Notes: a model not told the origin generated them from the sequence alone. DNA of 63,678 bases, filler included, from Folioceros fuciformis (GCA_049999805.1; 8 parts of 8 records of this genome joined end to end with filler, not necessarily neighbours in it); one strand, 5' to 3'. Positions 40,540 to 53,339 are shown, numbered from the whole stretch's first letter. Translations and numbers: made by a program.

Positions 40540-41733
40540 GGGAGGACAACCTTTCCCCCTCCGTAGCTACAATCATGCTCTGTCTGGCCCACCTGTATAG
40601 CATCCGCTTCTTGTGCGATCTTCTTCCAGTGTACATTCACGGAAGAGAGAAATGACGCAAAGTTGACACCCCCGTTACACTCAAAATGCAAACAAATCTG
40701 TGTCATGTTACGTTATTATTTTCTATGACACTTCAACATGTTGGACATACGCGTATCATAGTATATACTACATACATCACATCAAAAAAACGACACTACC
40801 ATTTTTTTTCAAGCAAACCACCCTGGCAGGCCCAATTGAAGATGGTGGGTGTGCCCTTTGCCGTTTAACAACAATTCATATTATATGTACAAATTATGAA
40901 AAAACAGTCCACAAGTTCCACGAATCATCCTGCCAGCTGAGGATGAATAAGAAAAAAATGCAACGTTCAAACCACCTCTTGACTTTCCTCCAGGTGGACG
41001 TCCCCCCCAGGCCCTGAGATCAAGACGTCGCACCAAACTTACCCCACATTGAACCTGGGCAGGTGGTAAATTTACCTCAGAGCATTTTCGCAAATCCGTA
41101 CTTGCCAACTCACACGACTTGATCTCATGACTACCAGAAGACACGACTCGAGCAAACATCAACTAACCTTCATTTTTCGATGAAAGGGCTGAAAGATGAG
41201 AAGATAGCAACGAGGAGAGCACATAGATAACCTCTTTAGAAGGCCACTGGCTATGATGGAAAGATGTATAGGCGCATTTTGAAGGTACTCTTTGCTGCAA
41301 TCAAACGACAATAAATATTCATTTTGGAAGCACGAGGTTAGACGTATCTTCTCCGCTGGACTCAGTAAGCAAGCAGAACTTGACCAGTAGCAGTCGCTCG
41401 GAAATGGTCTTTGATGCTCAATAGAGGCAACATGAAACGAAACATTATCAAGATCCGAGTACATGCAACCTACCTTGCGCCACAGAAGACCCAATACACG
41501 GAAATGGCCTACACTCTCACACAACCCAGCTTGCGTCGATGTTCTCCTCTCTCCCAACAAAGGCACTGCAAGATTACAAACTAAATTAAGAGCCCATGCA
41601 AATTCGCCAACTCGGGTTCATGAGAGGGGCAGGCCAAATGCTCACCACCTGGCAGCTTCCCACAATCATGCACCAGCTGTGACATATATATCGAGAATTC
41701 CTGCGCCACCTGCCACCACAATTATCTGTCACT

Positions 41734-43962
41734 CTAACATATGCTGGTGCTACCAACTCCATGGTCAGGAAGGCTCGACAATATATTTATGATAAAGCCG
41801 TAAACGCTAGCTGCCTTCAAGAGCGAAAATGAGTCTAAAACATCAGCACAAACAACCAAGTGCACCTGGACTTAAAACAATCACAGAATTTGATGACGTA
41901 GCCACAAGGCCCGTTACTGGACGATTTGTGAAAAGTACCTGTGAGACTGCGCATATCCGAATTCAATCAATAACCAGATGAAACTAGTCATTAAAACCTC
42001 CAACGACACACAGCTTAGACTGTCAACCCCCAACTACAAATACTACAAGCGGTAAGAGAGCACACCAGACAGCATGTCTGAAACAGAAGAAATGCCGTCC
42101 CCTGCCCGTGCATCAAATCCACAGTCCATGGGGACTGACACTATGTGCACAGTATGACCACCATCAGCTATCCAGAGTCTCCTACCTGCACCAATTCCAG
42201 GCACAATTAGTAAGACCAAACTCGGCAAAAGCTGCACACAGCTGTGCAGCTGAAGACAAATGTTAAACAAATTCGACACTTCGCGCCATGGACAATCAAT
42301 ACTAAGATTTGCCAGAAGAAGAAAGAATTCCAGATCATTTCTCAATTCGACCACTTACAGGAGGTTGCCCCTGCTTCCGACGACAGTGGGAGCACTGTAA
42401 TTGACGATACATTCAGTGAGGTTTTCAGGGGCATTATTCTCCAATCACATCCATCCGTTCTCTCATGAGGCATCCCTATATTTTGCAGAGTCACAAGGTG
42501 CAACTTTCCAAACGAGTCCAGGAGAATGAACTTTTTGGCACAAAGCGCTTGAATATCAACCACCTGAGGCTTCACGTGCATCCTAAAAGATAGACCCTCC
42601 TGCACAGCTGAACCAGCTAAAGCAACAAACCAATGGGCCACGTGTAACGGTGTTGGGCTTTGTTCACGAAGGCCCATCTCATGAGTTGCTCTACAAGCAT
42701 GCCCTCCAAGTACAATGAATCTCCGGCCACTTCGAGGTATGTAACCATTTCTCCTGTCATCAAGTGATTTCAAACCATGATACCCTTGAGCGTGACCTGA
42801 AAAAGTGGAACACAGACACATCGACTCAGGTTGTGAAACAGGTTCATGAAAACCATCAATCTAATCATTTTTTGTGCACTACGGACACCCTGGAAATGAC
42901 AATGTTCATAAAATTAAATAGTTCAGTTCAACGAACATAGCAGCATCTGAAAAATCACGTCAAAAGGTTGGGCACCCTCAATCAGAGCTTAATGGCGTGC
43001 ACACGTGACAATGGCAAATAAACAGCGCAGAAATCTTACTGCTTGTCTCAAAAGTGCGACTGTTGTTCACCCCGTTTCCAGTCAAAGAAGCGGATGATTG
43101 AGCACTTGCCTCAGAACCTATGCCGGAAAGATGCCCGTAAAGTTCCTGGGCACCATCAGATTCCAAACTGTCTCTCACCTTCTCCGGTTTGTTTCCTACT
43201 ATGAAGTCTTCCAACACGTATGTGACAGAAGCACCTCCAGAAATTGGGTCCTTGGAAACTGAGCTTGGATGTTCCTCACACTGAAAGCTTCCAGAAAAGG
43301 ACACCAGCCGTTCATCATCCAACTTTCCGTGTGAACCGATGACAATCCTAAGCTCAGAAACTCCATTTCTATGTTCAGATTTCATTGCTAGCTGGGAACT
43401 CCCTTGACTGTATGCAGTCGTCACAGCTGGCCATGTCCTATCCACTGGCGTATGACTGCTGCTTTCCTGAAAGCAGTCATCCCTGTTCTTGTCACACTTG
43501 CTACCAGCCTCGTGGTCATCCGCAACCTGACCAAACCCCGAATCTACAAGAGCTGCGGAAATCCTTGATATGTTGTGATCCAAGAGATGCAATCCATCCT
43601 TGGACCTTGCACCCTCTTTTTGCTTTCCTACTCTTTTCTTGGGTTTCAGTAGCGGAAGCAAGGGAAATACCCTAATCCCTCCGACCTCTCCAAGCAGCAT
43701 GTGCTGCATTGACAGATGTAAGGAGTACACAGGTGTATTACAATCAACAACTGCACACCTCACCAGCTGCAGGCAAGCCTGCTTTCCAGCACCCACCTGC
43801 TTCGCCCCTCCCTCAGAACCTTGGAACACTTCCTTCGACTCTGTCCCACAGGACCCTTCCAAAACCTTCGATGTGGTAGGACTGTAAGCGTGCATCTGAT
43901 TCGTGCGACTTCCCACTGCGGCAGAACTTATCTCCACTACCTTTGCCCCCATAATCCAGACT
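41734..43962 (-). CDS. Conserved uncharacterised plant protein (beta-strand-rich), 5' end lost in the gap
   Basis: Long ORF with RCAVVDCNTPVYSLHLSMQHMLLGEVGGIRVFPL. Later exons give VDIQALCAKKFILLDSFGKLH, RRLWIADGGHTVHIV, QVLFTNRPVTGLVATSSNSVIVL and SVYGFII. The 3' end is inferred from splice phase. Confidence 0.7.
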
Positions 43963-44062
43963 NNNNNNNNNNNNNNNNNNNNNNNNNNNNNNNNNNNNNN
44001 NNNNNNTTAATTAATTAANNNNNNNNNNNNNNNNNNNNNNNNNNNNNNNNNNNNNNNNNNNN
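43963..44062. other. Artificial contig linker
   Basis: N44-TTAATTAATTAA-N44. Confidence 0.97.
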
Positions 44063-44456
44063 ATGTAAATGGGCATTTTGTGGGCCCCACTTGAAGTGTA
44101 ATACTACATTTCGTTAATAAAATGCTAGGCTTACCATCACAAGCAAAGAGGGTTGGACAAGGCACTAAACTGCCCTAAGAATGTCTTCCCTTTCTTTCTT
44201 GTCTTCCCTTTCTTTCCTATTAATGAATTAACTTTGGGCCCATAATGACTTTGAGTGTTTTCATGGTTGTGATTTTGGAAAGCACTACTCAGCGACTTAG
44301 TATCAATGAGTTATCAATATTAGTTATCATATTATGAGCAACAACACATTTAGATCCTAGCCCCTTGCGTATGGGGTTTGAGGTCTTTATGGGAGGTTGG
44401 GGGATGCTTGGAGCCTTCAAACGCCAGATGTCCCAAGGGAGCACCATTTTTTCAAC

Positions 44457-44615
44457 ACCTCATCCTCGTAGCAATCCGAACATTGAAGATCTCATTCAAA
44501 TAGCAATTCGAACATGGCATACCTCATCCTAGTAGCAATCCGAACAGGGAAACCTTATCCCAATGGCGATTTGAACATGGGATACCTCATCCTTGTAGCA
44601 ATCCAAGCATAGGAT
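44457..44615 (+). repeat. Minisatellite, five units of ~32 bp with an alternating A-B-A-B-A structure
   Basis: Units start at 44457, 44489, 44521, 44552 and 44584; consensus ACCTCATCCT.GTAGCAATCCGAACA. Confidence 0.85.
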
Positions 44616-45095
44616 GCTTGACAAAGCATTTATGATGAAGCCCTGTTCCATAGATTCATTGGAGGCCATTTTGTTTATAAAACATATGTTTGTTAACAAA
44701 TACAACCTTGCACATTATGTACCTCATTTAGTAATTAGACTCGTGACATGCGCCAAATAGTTTAATCGTTTTGATTTGTTTATGTGACACATGAACGAGG
44801 GTAAATGGTGCATCATAGGACCAACGTTTTCATAATTACATCATAGTAGGCATATGGAGGTGTTTGAAGTTATTTATCCAACAATTAAAAATATGGATAT
44901 GTTTCTAGGGTTTATGGAATATACTATACATTGTCACATAATAAATATGCAAGTTAAAAACATTTGGGTTTTCTCATAAGTCATTCAAGTTGACCCATGC
45001 AATGTTTTTCCGAGTGCAATCTACATACAGAAGTCCACATGTTTGCGTGTTTTCTTTTGAAGGGAAAAGGAATGACAAAGAACCATCACTTCTTT

Positions 45096-46209
45096 AAAAA
45101 ACTTTTGAATGTGTCCCTAAGACCAGCTAGGGACTCTCTTTCTTTTGTAGTGAGGACTACTATGCCTCAATTTTCATCTCTTCTTGTGGTGGGAATTTGA
45201 GGGCTCCAAGCTTCTCTTCTCAAGAATGAATACGCACAGATGCAGCTCAATCTTCTTTGGGATTTTTCTATCCTCAGGCCCGTTAGGGCCCGTTAGCTCC
45301 GTTCGTGCTCAAGAAAGGGCACAGGTTCTTGGCTCTTGGCTCTTGGCTCTTGGCTCAACCCAGCATCCAAGCTTTTCGAATTGCACCAACCACAATTCTC
45401 TACTGCAATGATCTTTTGCCTTGGTTTGGTCCAACCTTTAGCATGGTCTCTCTCCTCTTGTAGTTACAAGGCCCCTCTAAATAGCTTTGGTACTCATCTT
45501 GCCCATTGCCTAGCTAGGGGTCAACAGATTGCTATGCATAACGCCTTGCGAGATGTGTCATGTTTTTGTTGGCCAAGGAGGCTAGCTTTCTGCCCTTTAA
45601 GGAGCGCCCATACACTCTACTAAATGGCGTTTCTCATGAGGCTGACCTTTTTCTCATCCAGGAAGATCAACAAGTTTTTATTGCAGACATGGTTATAACT
45701 GACCCCACATAGGTTGCACTATGTGAGCATGTTGTGCTCAACTCTTCGTGTTGGGTGGTAGAGGAGAGTCCATTGGCCAAGGTTCACAAGTACACCCCTC
45801 TACAGGCTGGACACACCTTTATCCCCTTGTCATTGAGACCCACGGGGCCATGTGCAAGGCATTTTCCAAGTTTTTGAAGTCTTGCACCAAGGCGGTTCAC
45901 AACAAGGAAAATAGGCTTGATCTTCCTCTTTCATTTATTGCAGCATTTTTTCGGCAAAGGGTTTCTATTGCTCTACAGCAAGCGTTAGCTAATGTTATAT
46001 ATATATTGACAATGTTGGTAGAAGAGGCAACGTCAGCAACTCTAGCGGTAGGTAGATCCTTTCTCCTCCCATACCATGATGTTTTAAGTACTATTGGTAG
46101 TCATTAGGCTTTAGGGGGTTAGCCCCTAGTGTCCATATCATGGTTTATCTCGCTCTCTATAGGTGTGGATAGGTCTATCTTGTTTTTCTAAAATGAATAA
46201 AAAACTCAA
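45096..46209 (+). mobile_element. 5'-truncated, degenerate non-LTR retrotransposon with a restriction-like endonuclease (CRE-like)
   Basis: Broken frames encode LRSCSRKGTGSWL, FSTAMIFCLGL, a degenerate Zn knuckle (C.Y...LNSFGTHLAHC) plus HNALRD, ADLF, ADMVITDP, AKVHKY, YPLVIETHG and FFRQRVSIALQQA. A-rich tail at 46196-46204, flanked by ~45-bp direct repeats. Confidence 0.75.
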
Positions 46210-46947
46210 TTCTTTCAAAGGGGAAAATGAATGATAAGGAACTATCACTTTTTTCTAGAAGACCTTGTTAAATTATTGTCATGTATATTAATATCTTTGA
46301 TAAGATCATGGAGGTAGTCATATAACTTCTATACTAAAGGGTTTGCAACAACAAGACGTGTTTCTTTTCCAAACGTGGAATCACTATATTATTATCACTT
46401 TGATGGAAAATCTTACATCCCAAATTATGTTCTAAGTTGTTATTTTCTATTATTGAAAAAGGGATGGAAAGTCCCATCTACTTCAAAGATAGGAGGAAAA
46501 ACTCGATTAGATAGCATTTTGTACATCACACAACATGTCACAACCCATTAACAAGAGTGACCTTGTAACCCTTCTTTTTAAAAGAACATTCATTATCATT
46601 CATTTACAACTGTTCTAATGTGTTAGACATCAAAAGAGGGAGAGAAGTTATTGCACTTAGAAACTTAGATGATTTACAAACTTTGTTTAAATAATTAAGA
46701 AAATGGCACTCCATCCAATTGGGGAGTAGGTAGGTAGTTTTTGAGAATGATGTTTGAAGGGGCTAGTAATGCTATTGGCATTTGGTCTTGCTCGAGTTGT
46801 TCCTCTAATCTTTGGAGTAGATGGAACTTTTCATTAGGGACACATTGTGTATTAGATAAGTAGAAAGAGACATATTATGTATTAGATATATAATTCATAA
46901 TCTACGTTTGCATGCATGGTGTTGGGTGTGTACAGCATGGGGGCCTT

Positions 46948-48773
46948 GGGTCGGGTCGGGTCGGGTCGGGCCAATGGTCGCCTTTGGGTACCCGTAAAGG
47001 AAGGTGGAGGAGATGTTTCCGAGGGCACCGACGCCGGAGGTACCAGAAGAGGATGGTTCCATATGGCTGGCTGGCTGGCTGGCTATGGAGTAGATGCGAA
47101 GTGGGCATTGCGAACCCGGATTGGTGGGTGAAGGTGAAGAAGAAACATGGCAGTGTAAATGCGGTTAAGTGGAAAGGGGTGCGAGGGCGGGAGCCTGGAG
47201 GCCGCGCCGTTTGTGCGGGGCGTGAAAACGAGGAGGCGAAGATTAGATGCTAGGTTGTGGAGTGTTAGTAGTGCCCCCAGGGCCCGGGAAGAGAGTGGCG
47301 AAGGAGGATTGGATACGAGGCCGGAGTGCCGGGGCCAGAAATTTATGAGCCCAGTCAAGGGAGTGATGATGAGGAGCATCGGAAGGGCCTCCGAGGAAAG
47401 GGACGTTACAAGGGCGAGTAAGATGGTGGTGCGAGTTACCGAGGAAGAAGTGTAAGCAGAAGGGTGGAGAGCGCGGCAGCAGCAGCGGCTCCTTTTGATG
47501 CAAAAGTGAAAGATGCTGGTTGCGAGGCCCGATATGGAGCCGCACTCGCACTCGCACTCGCACTCGCACTCGCACTAGCAACCCGCAACCCGCAACCCGC
47601 AACCCGCAACCAGCACCCGGGTGTAGGGAAAGGAGTGATGAGTCGGCAGCGGGCAGGTAGTGGCGAGGAGGAGGAGGAGGAGGAGGAGAAGGAGGAGGAG
47701 GAGAAGGAGGAGGAGTGGGAGGAAGAACAGGAGGAGGAAGAGCGAGGGAGCGAGGGAGCGAGGGAGCGAGGGGCGCGAGCCGCGAGTGAAGGCACCGCAG
47801 TCGGCGCGGGCCCCAAGTCTCCCATGTCCCGGCCCGATGGAATATCCTCCCGAAACGGGGGGGACAAAAGGGCAGGCCCGCAGACCGCAGACCGCAGGCC
47901 TCCTGGCCTCAGGGCCAGCCCGGCTGCAGCAGCCAGCAGCCAGCAGCTCCGGGATGTGAGAGTGTGCCCACTGTCTGCTCCCTTCCCCTGCGCAGGCTCG
48001 CGCTTTTGCGGACGTACCTGACTAAACGCGAAGTTAAACTCGCAGTAATGACTCCAGGCTTTTCCGTGCCACCATTCCATCGCATCGCATTGCTCTTCGT
48101 GTCTCTCTGGTCTCTACGTGCACCACTGGGCGTCTCTCTAGGGCAGGCCCTGGATCTGGCCTTGGGGCCAGGAGCGCAGCTGAGCTGAGCTGAGCTGAGC
48201 TGAGCTGAGCTGCAGCAGCACCAGAAAGTGGAGGAGGAGGAGTAGGAGGAGGGAGAGGGCCCTGGGGAGAGGGAGACGGAGAGAGGAGAAATCGGGACCC
48301 GGAACTCGTAAAAGAAAGGGGACGGAAATGGGACGCGGGGGATGGGGCCAAGGAAAGGAAAGGAAAGGAACGGAAAAGAAAAGAACACGAAAGCGAAGGA
48401 AAGGAAAGGAACGGGAACATGAACAGGAAAAGAAGCACACTTATTAGCACAACCTCCGCCTTCTATTCCATTCCGTTGTTGTGAATCTTCTCATGCTTCT
48501 CTTCTTCTTCTTCTCTCTTGCAATCGCAATCTCGTGCAAAGCAACCAAAAAAAAAAGGCTTTGGCTTTGGCTTTGGCTTTGGCACTTCGCAAACGCTAGC
48601 CCAATCTCTCTCTCCACCGGCCTATTCCTTCTTATTCGTCTCCTCCTCCATCTCCCTCTCTTCTCCGGTTAGCTGCTGTTGGACTCTGGCTGCCGCTGCC
48701 GCTGCCGCTGCCGCCGCAGCTGGCGCTCCTCCGCCCTCGCGGCCCGGCCTGGCCTGGCCCGTCCCCTCTCCCC
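46948..48773. repeat. GC-rich cluster of many different microsatellites
   Basis: (GGGTC)n, (GGCT)n, (CGCACT)n, (CAACCCG)n, (GAG)n, (GCTGA)n, (GGAAA)n, (GGCTTT)n and (GCTGCC)n within 1.8 kb. Confidence 0.85.
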
Positions 48774-48873
48774 NNNNNNNNNNNNNNNNNNNNNNNNNNN
48801 NNNNNNNNNNNNNNNNNTTAATTAATTAANNNNNNNNNNNNNNNNNNNNNNNNNNNNNNNNNNNNNNNNNNNN
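48774..48873. other. Artificial contig linker
   Basis: N44-TTAATTAATTAA-N44. Confidence 0.97.
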
Positions 48874-48874
48874 T

Positions 48875-51836
48875 AGTAGGGGAAGGGGTGGACCTGGTGG
48901 GTCAACCAGAGGTGGCTTTGTCTCACGGCTAGATGCTGGAGGGGGCTTGGCTTTGCAATATCAGGAAGGTGATGATAGAAGGGTTCAAGGAAGTCGATTT
49001 GAAGGTAACAGAGATAGGATAGATCGTGGCCGTGGGAGGGGAAGAGGGATGGCTGACAGGGGAAGGGGAAGCCTTTTTAGAGGCAGGGTTAGTGAGGACC
49101 TGGCGGACAGGTTCGAAGTGTCAAGTGGACCTGACAGAAGCAGTCAGCTAGAAGGTAGAGGTAGCAGTAGCGGTCGAGGCAGGGTCCAAGGAAGAGGAAG
49201 AGATGAACGTCCGGAACTTACGTTTGGTTTTGAAGATTCAGAAGCGGACTGGAATGATGCTGAGGTTTTAAAGAATGAGGATAGTGAAGAGTCCTCGGCC
49301 AGGACATTTTCTAGAGTTCAATCAGCTGGAAAAGACACACTTTCACCTGAGCTTGATGGGGAAGACAGTCAGCTCCGCGGTGAGAACAGTGAGCTTGATG
49401 ATGATGATGAAGATGAAGATGACTCTCCCGAGGGTTCCTCTACACTGAAAAGAGGAGCCGGAGAAAAGAAGTGGCAGTTCATGGTGAGGAAGAAGCGAGC
49501 TGAAGCACAGCTGGCTGATGACCTTGATGAAAACGAGGATGTCCTGGAGGATGATAGTGAGGCCTACAGGCGGAGGAAAGTGGGCTGGCTGTGTAAAGAA
49601 ATTCCTGCACTGAATCCTCGAGAGATAATCTCGATTCTCAATGCACAGAAGCGGTGGATTCGTGCTACAGACACGAAGCAGGTTATTGAGCACCTACTTC
49701 GAATAGAGAACTCTATTCGAGCTTACAGGGTACGTCCTCCTTGACAGGTTCATGTGTGGCTGGCAAAGTACGATACAGTTTTCCTTGAACTGTTGGACAA
49801 GGCATTGCTGTGTCTCTTATCATTTTCTTAGTGTGCAGGTTCTGAAGTGGATGACTGGGCAGGCTTGGTATGAGTTGGACCTTGAGTTGCATACAAAGAT
49901 GGCAAACATACTATGCCGAGGTGAAACGCCAAGAAGGGCACGTGATCTTTATGATCAGATAATTGATGCTGGGAAAATTCCGGACTCGTCAACCTTTGTG
50001 GCACTGACAAACAGGTATATCGAGGAAAAATTGGGGCCTGCCATTGAAGAAGCTTGGACCATCTTCAATCGGATGAAGCAGCTGGGAGGATACGACCCTC
50101 CCCCTTCCTTGCAGTATGCATTGTTTGATGCTCTTTTGAACAAGTCCGTAGGAACCCCTGTATTTGGAGAAAGGGCTGATTCATTGTTTGAGAACCTCAA
50201 GGTGGCAGGTATCAAGCGCAGTAAGGAAATGTTTGAGTCACTGATGAACTATCATTCCAGACAAGGAAATCTAGCCCGGGTTGCTACTTTGGTTCAGGAC
50301 ATGACTCGTGAGGGAATGGAGCCGGGACAGAATATCTTCTCCACCATGTTGGACATCAGTGCCAGGGAGGGATCTCCTGAGAAAGCACAAAAAGCGTTTG
50401 ATGAGCTCGTGGAGGCTGGGTTCAAGGCAGATGTTTTTGCTTACATCTCCTTGATCACAGCATATGGCAAGGCTGGTCGACGTTCGGAAGCTATGGAAAA
50501 ATTTGCTGCTATGGAGGCTGCTGGTGTGTCGCCTAATGCACGGGCCCTGGAAACCGTTATCAAAATATTGGCAGTGGATGGTGAGCGAGGAACAGCGGAG
50601 AAGTATCTTGAGAAGCTAGAGTCCACAGGTGCCTACCCGTCACCATCTACTTACAACTCCATGTTGCAGATGTACGTTGCAAAGGAGTTGCCTGAGGAGG
50701 TCGACAGGTTCTTCAAACATATGTCAGACAAGGGCTGTCGCAATGACCAGCAGACTTACGTGATTCTCATTGAGCACTACATAGCTCAGGGGTCACTCAC
50801 ACAAGCTGAGGCTGTGTATGAGCAGATGCGTAGTGCAGTTCAGCCTAATCAGATTGCTTACGGCCTCATGCTTGAGGCTTACGGAAAAGCAGGTGAAAAA
50901 GACAAGCTCAAGGAGCTATTTGAGCATCCCTCCTCCAGTCGCTTCTTTGTGCCTGAGGAATGCAAGAAATTCTTGATCAAGGCTGTTGGCCGAAAACAGG
51001 TGGAAGAGAAAGCACTGTCAAAGGTGACCCTTGATTCAACACAACGCACTATACTCATGGGTGTGCTCTTGGGTGGGGCTAAGATGACAACACCAGACAG
51101 GGACCGAACTTACTCGTTCTGCTTCGAGCTAGATCCTTTTAGGCCCGGAGGCTCACTAGTGATTGATCATCTGTATGAACTGTTCTCAGATTGGGTAGTT
51201 GACCCTCCTGAATTGGTGGCACCTGAACCAGACCAGGAAGGCAATGCTAACGCCGCTACAAAGAAACTGTCAACTATCAGCCATGGTTCCTTTCGCTTCT
51301 TCTATCACCAGTTTAGACCCAAGGACACTCCAACGATACCCAGGCTCATTCATAGGTGGCTGAGCCCTCAGTGCCTTGCCTATTGGTACATGTATGGTGG
51401 TCACAGATGTGATGAAACTGGAGGTATCATCTTCAACATACCGGGCTATTCCAACAAAGAAGTTATGCTTGTCGTGAAGGCCCTCAAAACACGTGCCATA
51501 GACTGCGAGAGCAAGGAAACTGAGGGCAAACATGAGCTGCGGTTCAGGGGTCAGTCTGCTGTATGGTTGTGGAAGCTGATGGAACCCCACATTTTGGACA
51601 CACTGAAGGATGTTCTCAGACCTGACCCCAAGCCCGAAACTGACAGTCCCCAGGACAAGCCCAACAGAGACCAGCCTAAACCCGACTTCAGCGAGGTTGA
51701 ATCATCTGAAAGCTCCAAGTCTGTGACACCATCAGGGGATAAGGATTGGCAGGTTGTTGCAGACGCCCTCCACAAGGAGCGGATGGTTCGCAGGAACGCT
51801 GCATTGCAAGTAGAAGCCAAGAGCAGCCCTGGGTGA
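48875..51836 (+). CDS. OTP51: OTP51-type PPR plus LAGLIDADG-domain plastid splicing factor; 5' end lost in the gap; one intron at about 49730-49838
   Basis: RRKVGWLCKEIP..ILNAQKRWI, P-type PPR motifs, then LDSTQRTILMGVLLGG, HGSFRFFYHQF and IPRLIHRWLSPQCLAYWYMYGG (LAGLIDADG-derived domain). Confidence 0.92.
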
Positions 51837-53339
51837 GCTTCGTTTTGTAGCTCTGTTGTTTACACCTCGAAGCAGCCAGTGTTATTCAGGACGAGAGTAC
51901 TTCCTGGGACCCAGTGTGGCGGACTTGCTAGGCGTGTCCCAATATGCCAACACGTCCCGCCCACAAAATTTTCCTTCTAACCACACACACTTGATTGATC
52001 ACAAAAGCTGTGTGGTTGTGTCAGACAGGAGGTTGACATGGTTGGGCACGGAGAATCCATCACAGCTCTGGACTAATACCTTGGTGTCCCGTTATCCAAC
52101 ATTTACAAGAAGCAGGAGATCAGCACAAATCTGTTGTGGGCATGGTTGCAGTTTGTTGTGCTGGCATTGTACTTCAGAACGCAACGTTTTTGGCTGAAGG
52201 TTTGTTTCCTTGCCCAGGCACAAGAACGGCACAGCCCTTCAAGGACTTTTTCTTTTGACATCTGATTCAAGATGTTGATGATAAAAGCAAATGTTCTCAA
52301 GGAAAATGTCCATAGTCCATCCGGTCATCTGGCCTGATCCTGCAAGGTAATGAGCTGTCGGTGCCAACACTGTCGGCAGCGGCCGGGCTCGGCACAGCCC
52401 ACAGTATTGATTGCTGTATGACGAGACATCAAGAATCCAATGATTTCTTTACTATTATACTTCTATAATAATTAGACTGACGAGGCATACGCCCACATGC
52501 ACGTGCAGAACGCTGCGTGTGTGGATGTTCTGTTCCAGCTATTGGCAGGATTGCTTCAGTAGCGCTGTGCGTATGGCAGGCATACGTACATAAGTACAAC
52601 TATGGTGTGACCCGGTCGGCACTTGACCATGTTCGTTCTCCCACGTCGTTGAATGTTATTGAGCGGTGAAGTAAAGGCGCAGCCAATTGGCTTAGATCGA
52701 ATGCTGTCGGTGCCAATACGCGGGGACTACAATCGCCAAATTCGCCATTTCCACACAATGCCGCACATCCACGTTGGCACGACGTCTGCTCCTGCGGAAG
52801 CGCAATGCTCGCTGCCACCCTCCCGGTGGTTTTTCCATGGCTTAGATCCATGCGTCGCGCGTGCCGGAGTTCAGACGTGCCAGCCTCATCAGATCACGCT
52901 CGTCGTGGATTCCTCTCTCACCAGTAGCATGCATGTGCGGTTGGGACGCTGTCATGACGCAGCTCGAGATTGAAGAATTCTGCTTGTCGATAAGCTTTCT
53001 CTGACGTAATGTCTCATATCTTGATCTCGGTTTAGACAATGCTGGCTGAATATAACGCTTCAACTTCGGAGGCTTGTGAGAACTTGCTCATTCTGTGATC
53101 TCGGGACTGATGCAGTGGCAAACCTGAATGAAAAGCATGCACTTGTGGTATTCGGAAGGTGTTCGTTTGTGACAAGTCCTGGATCCTATGATGCAAGAGT
53201 TGTCATGTTGGACTCCCCGGACTGGTCACTCATCTCGTTGTGGCAGGTGAAGATCGGGCTAACATTATGACGTTGCCGTGGACCCAAGTTTGAAGACTTG
53301 TCATTCAGCTCCGTGAGCTTTAGGAGGAAGTTCAGCGCA

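Noticed and set aside
47083..48450. Overlapping ORFs of 100-214 aa in the microsatellite region
   Set aside because: Translations are dominated by simple-repeat peptides (poly-E/S/R, AL, FP) with no domain signal.
14937..51836. An organellar RNA-processing gene cluster (three PPR genes plus EndoV)
   Set aside because: PPR genes are very abundant in plants, OTP51 is on a different contig, and unrelated genes intervene.
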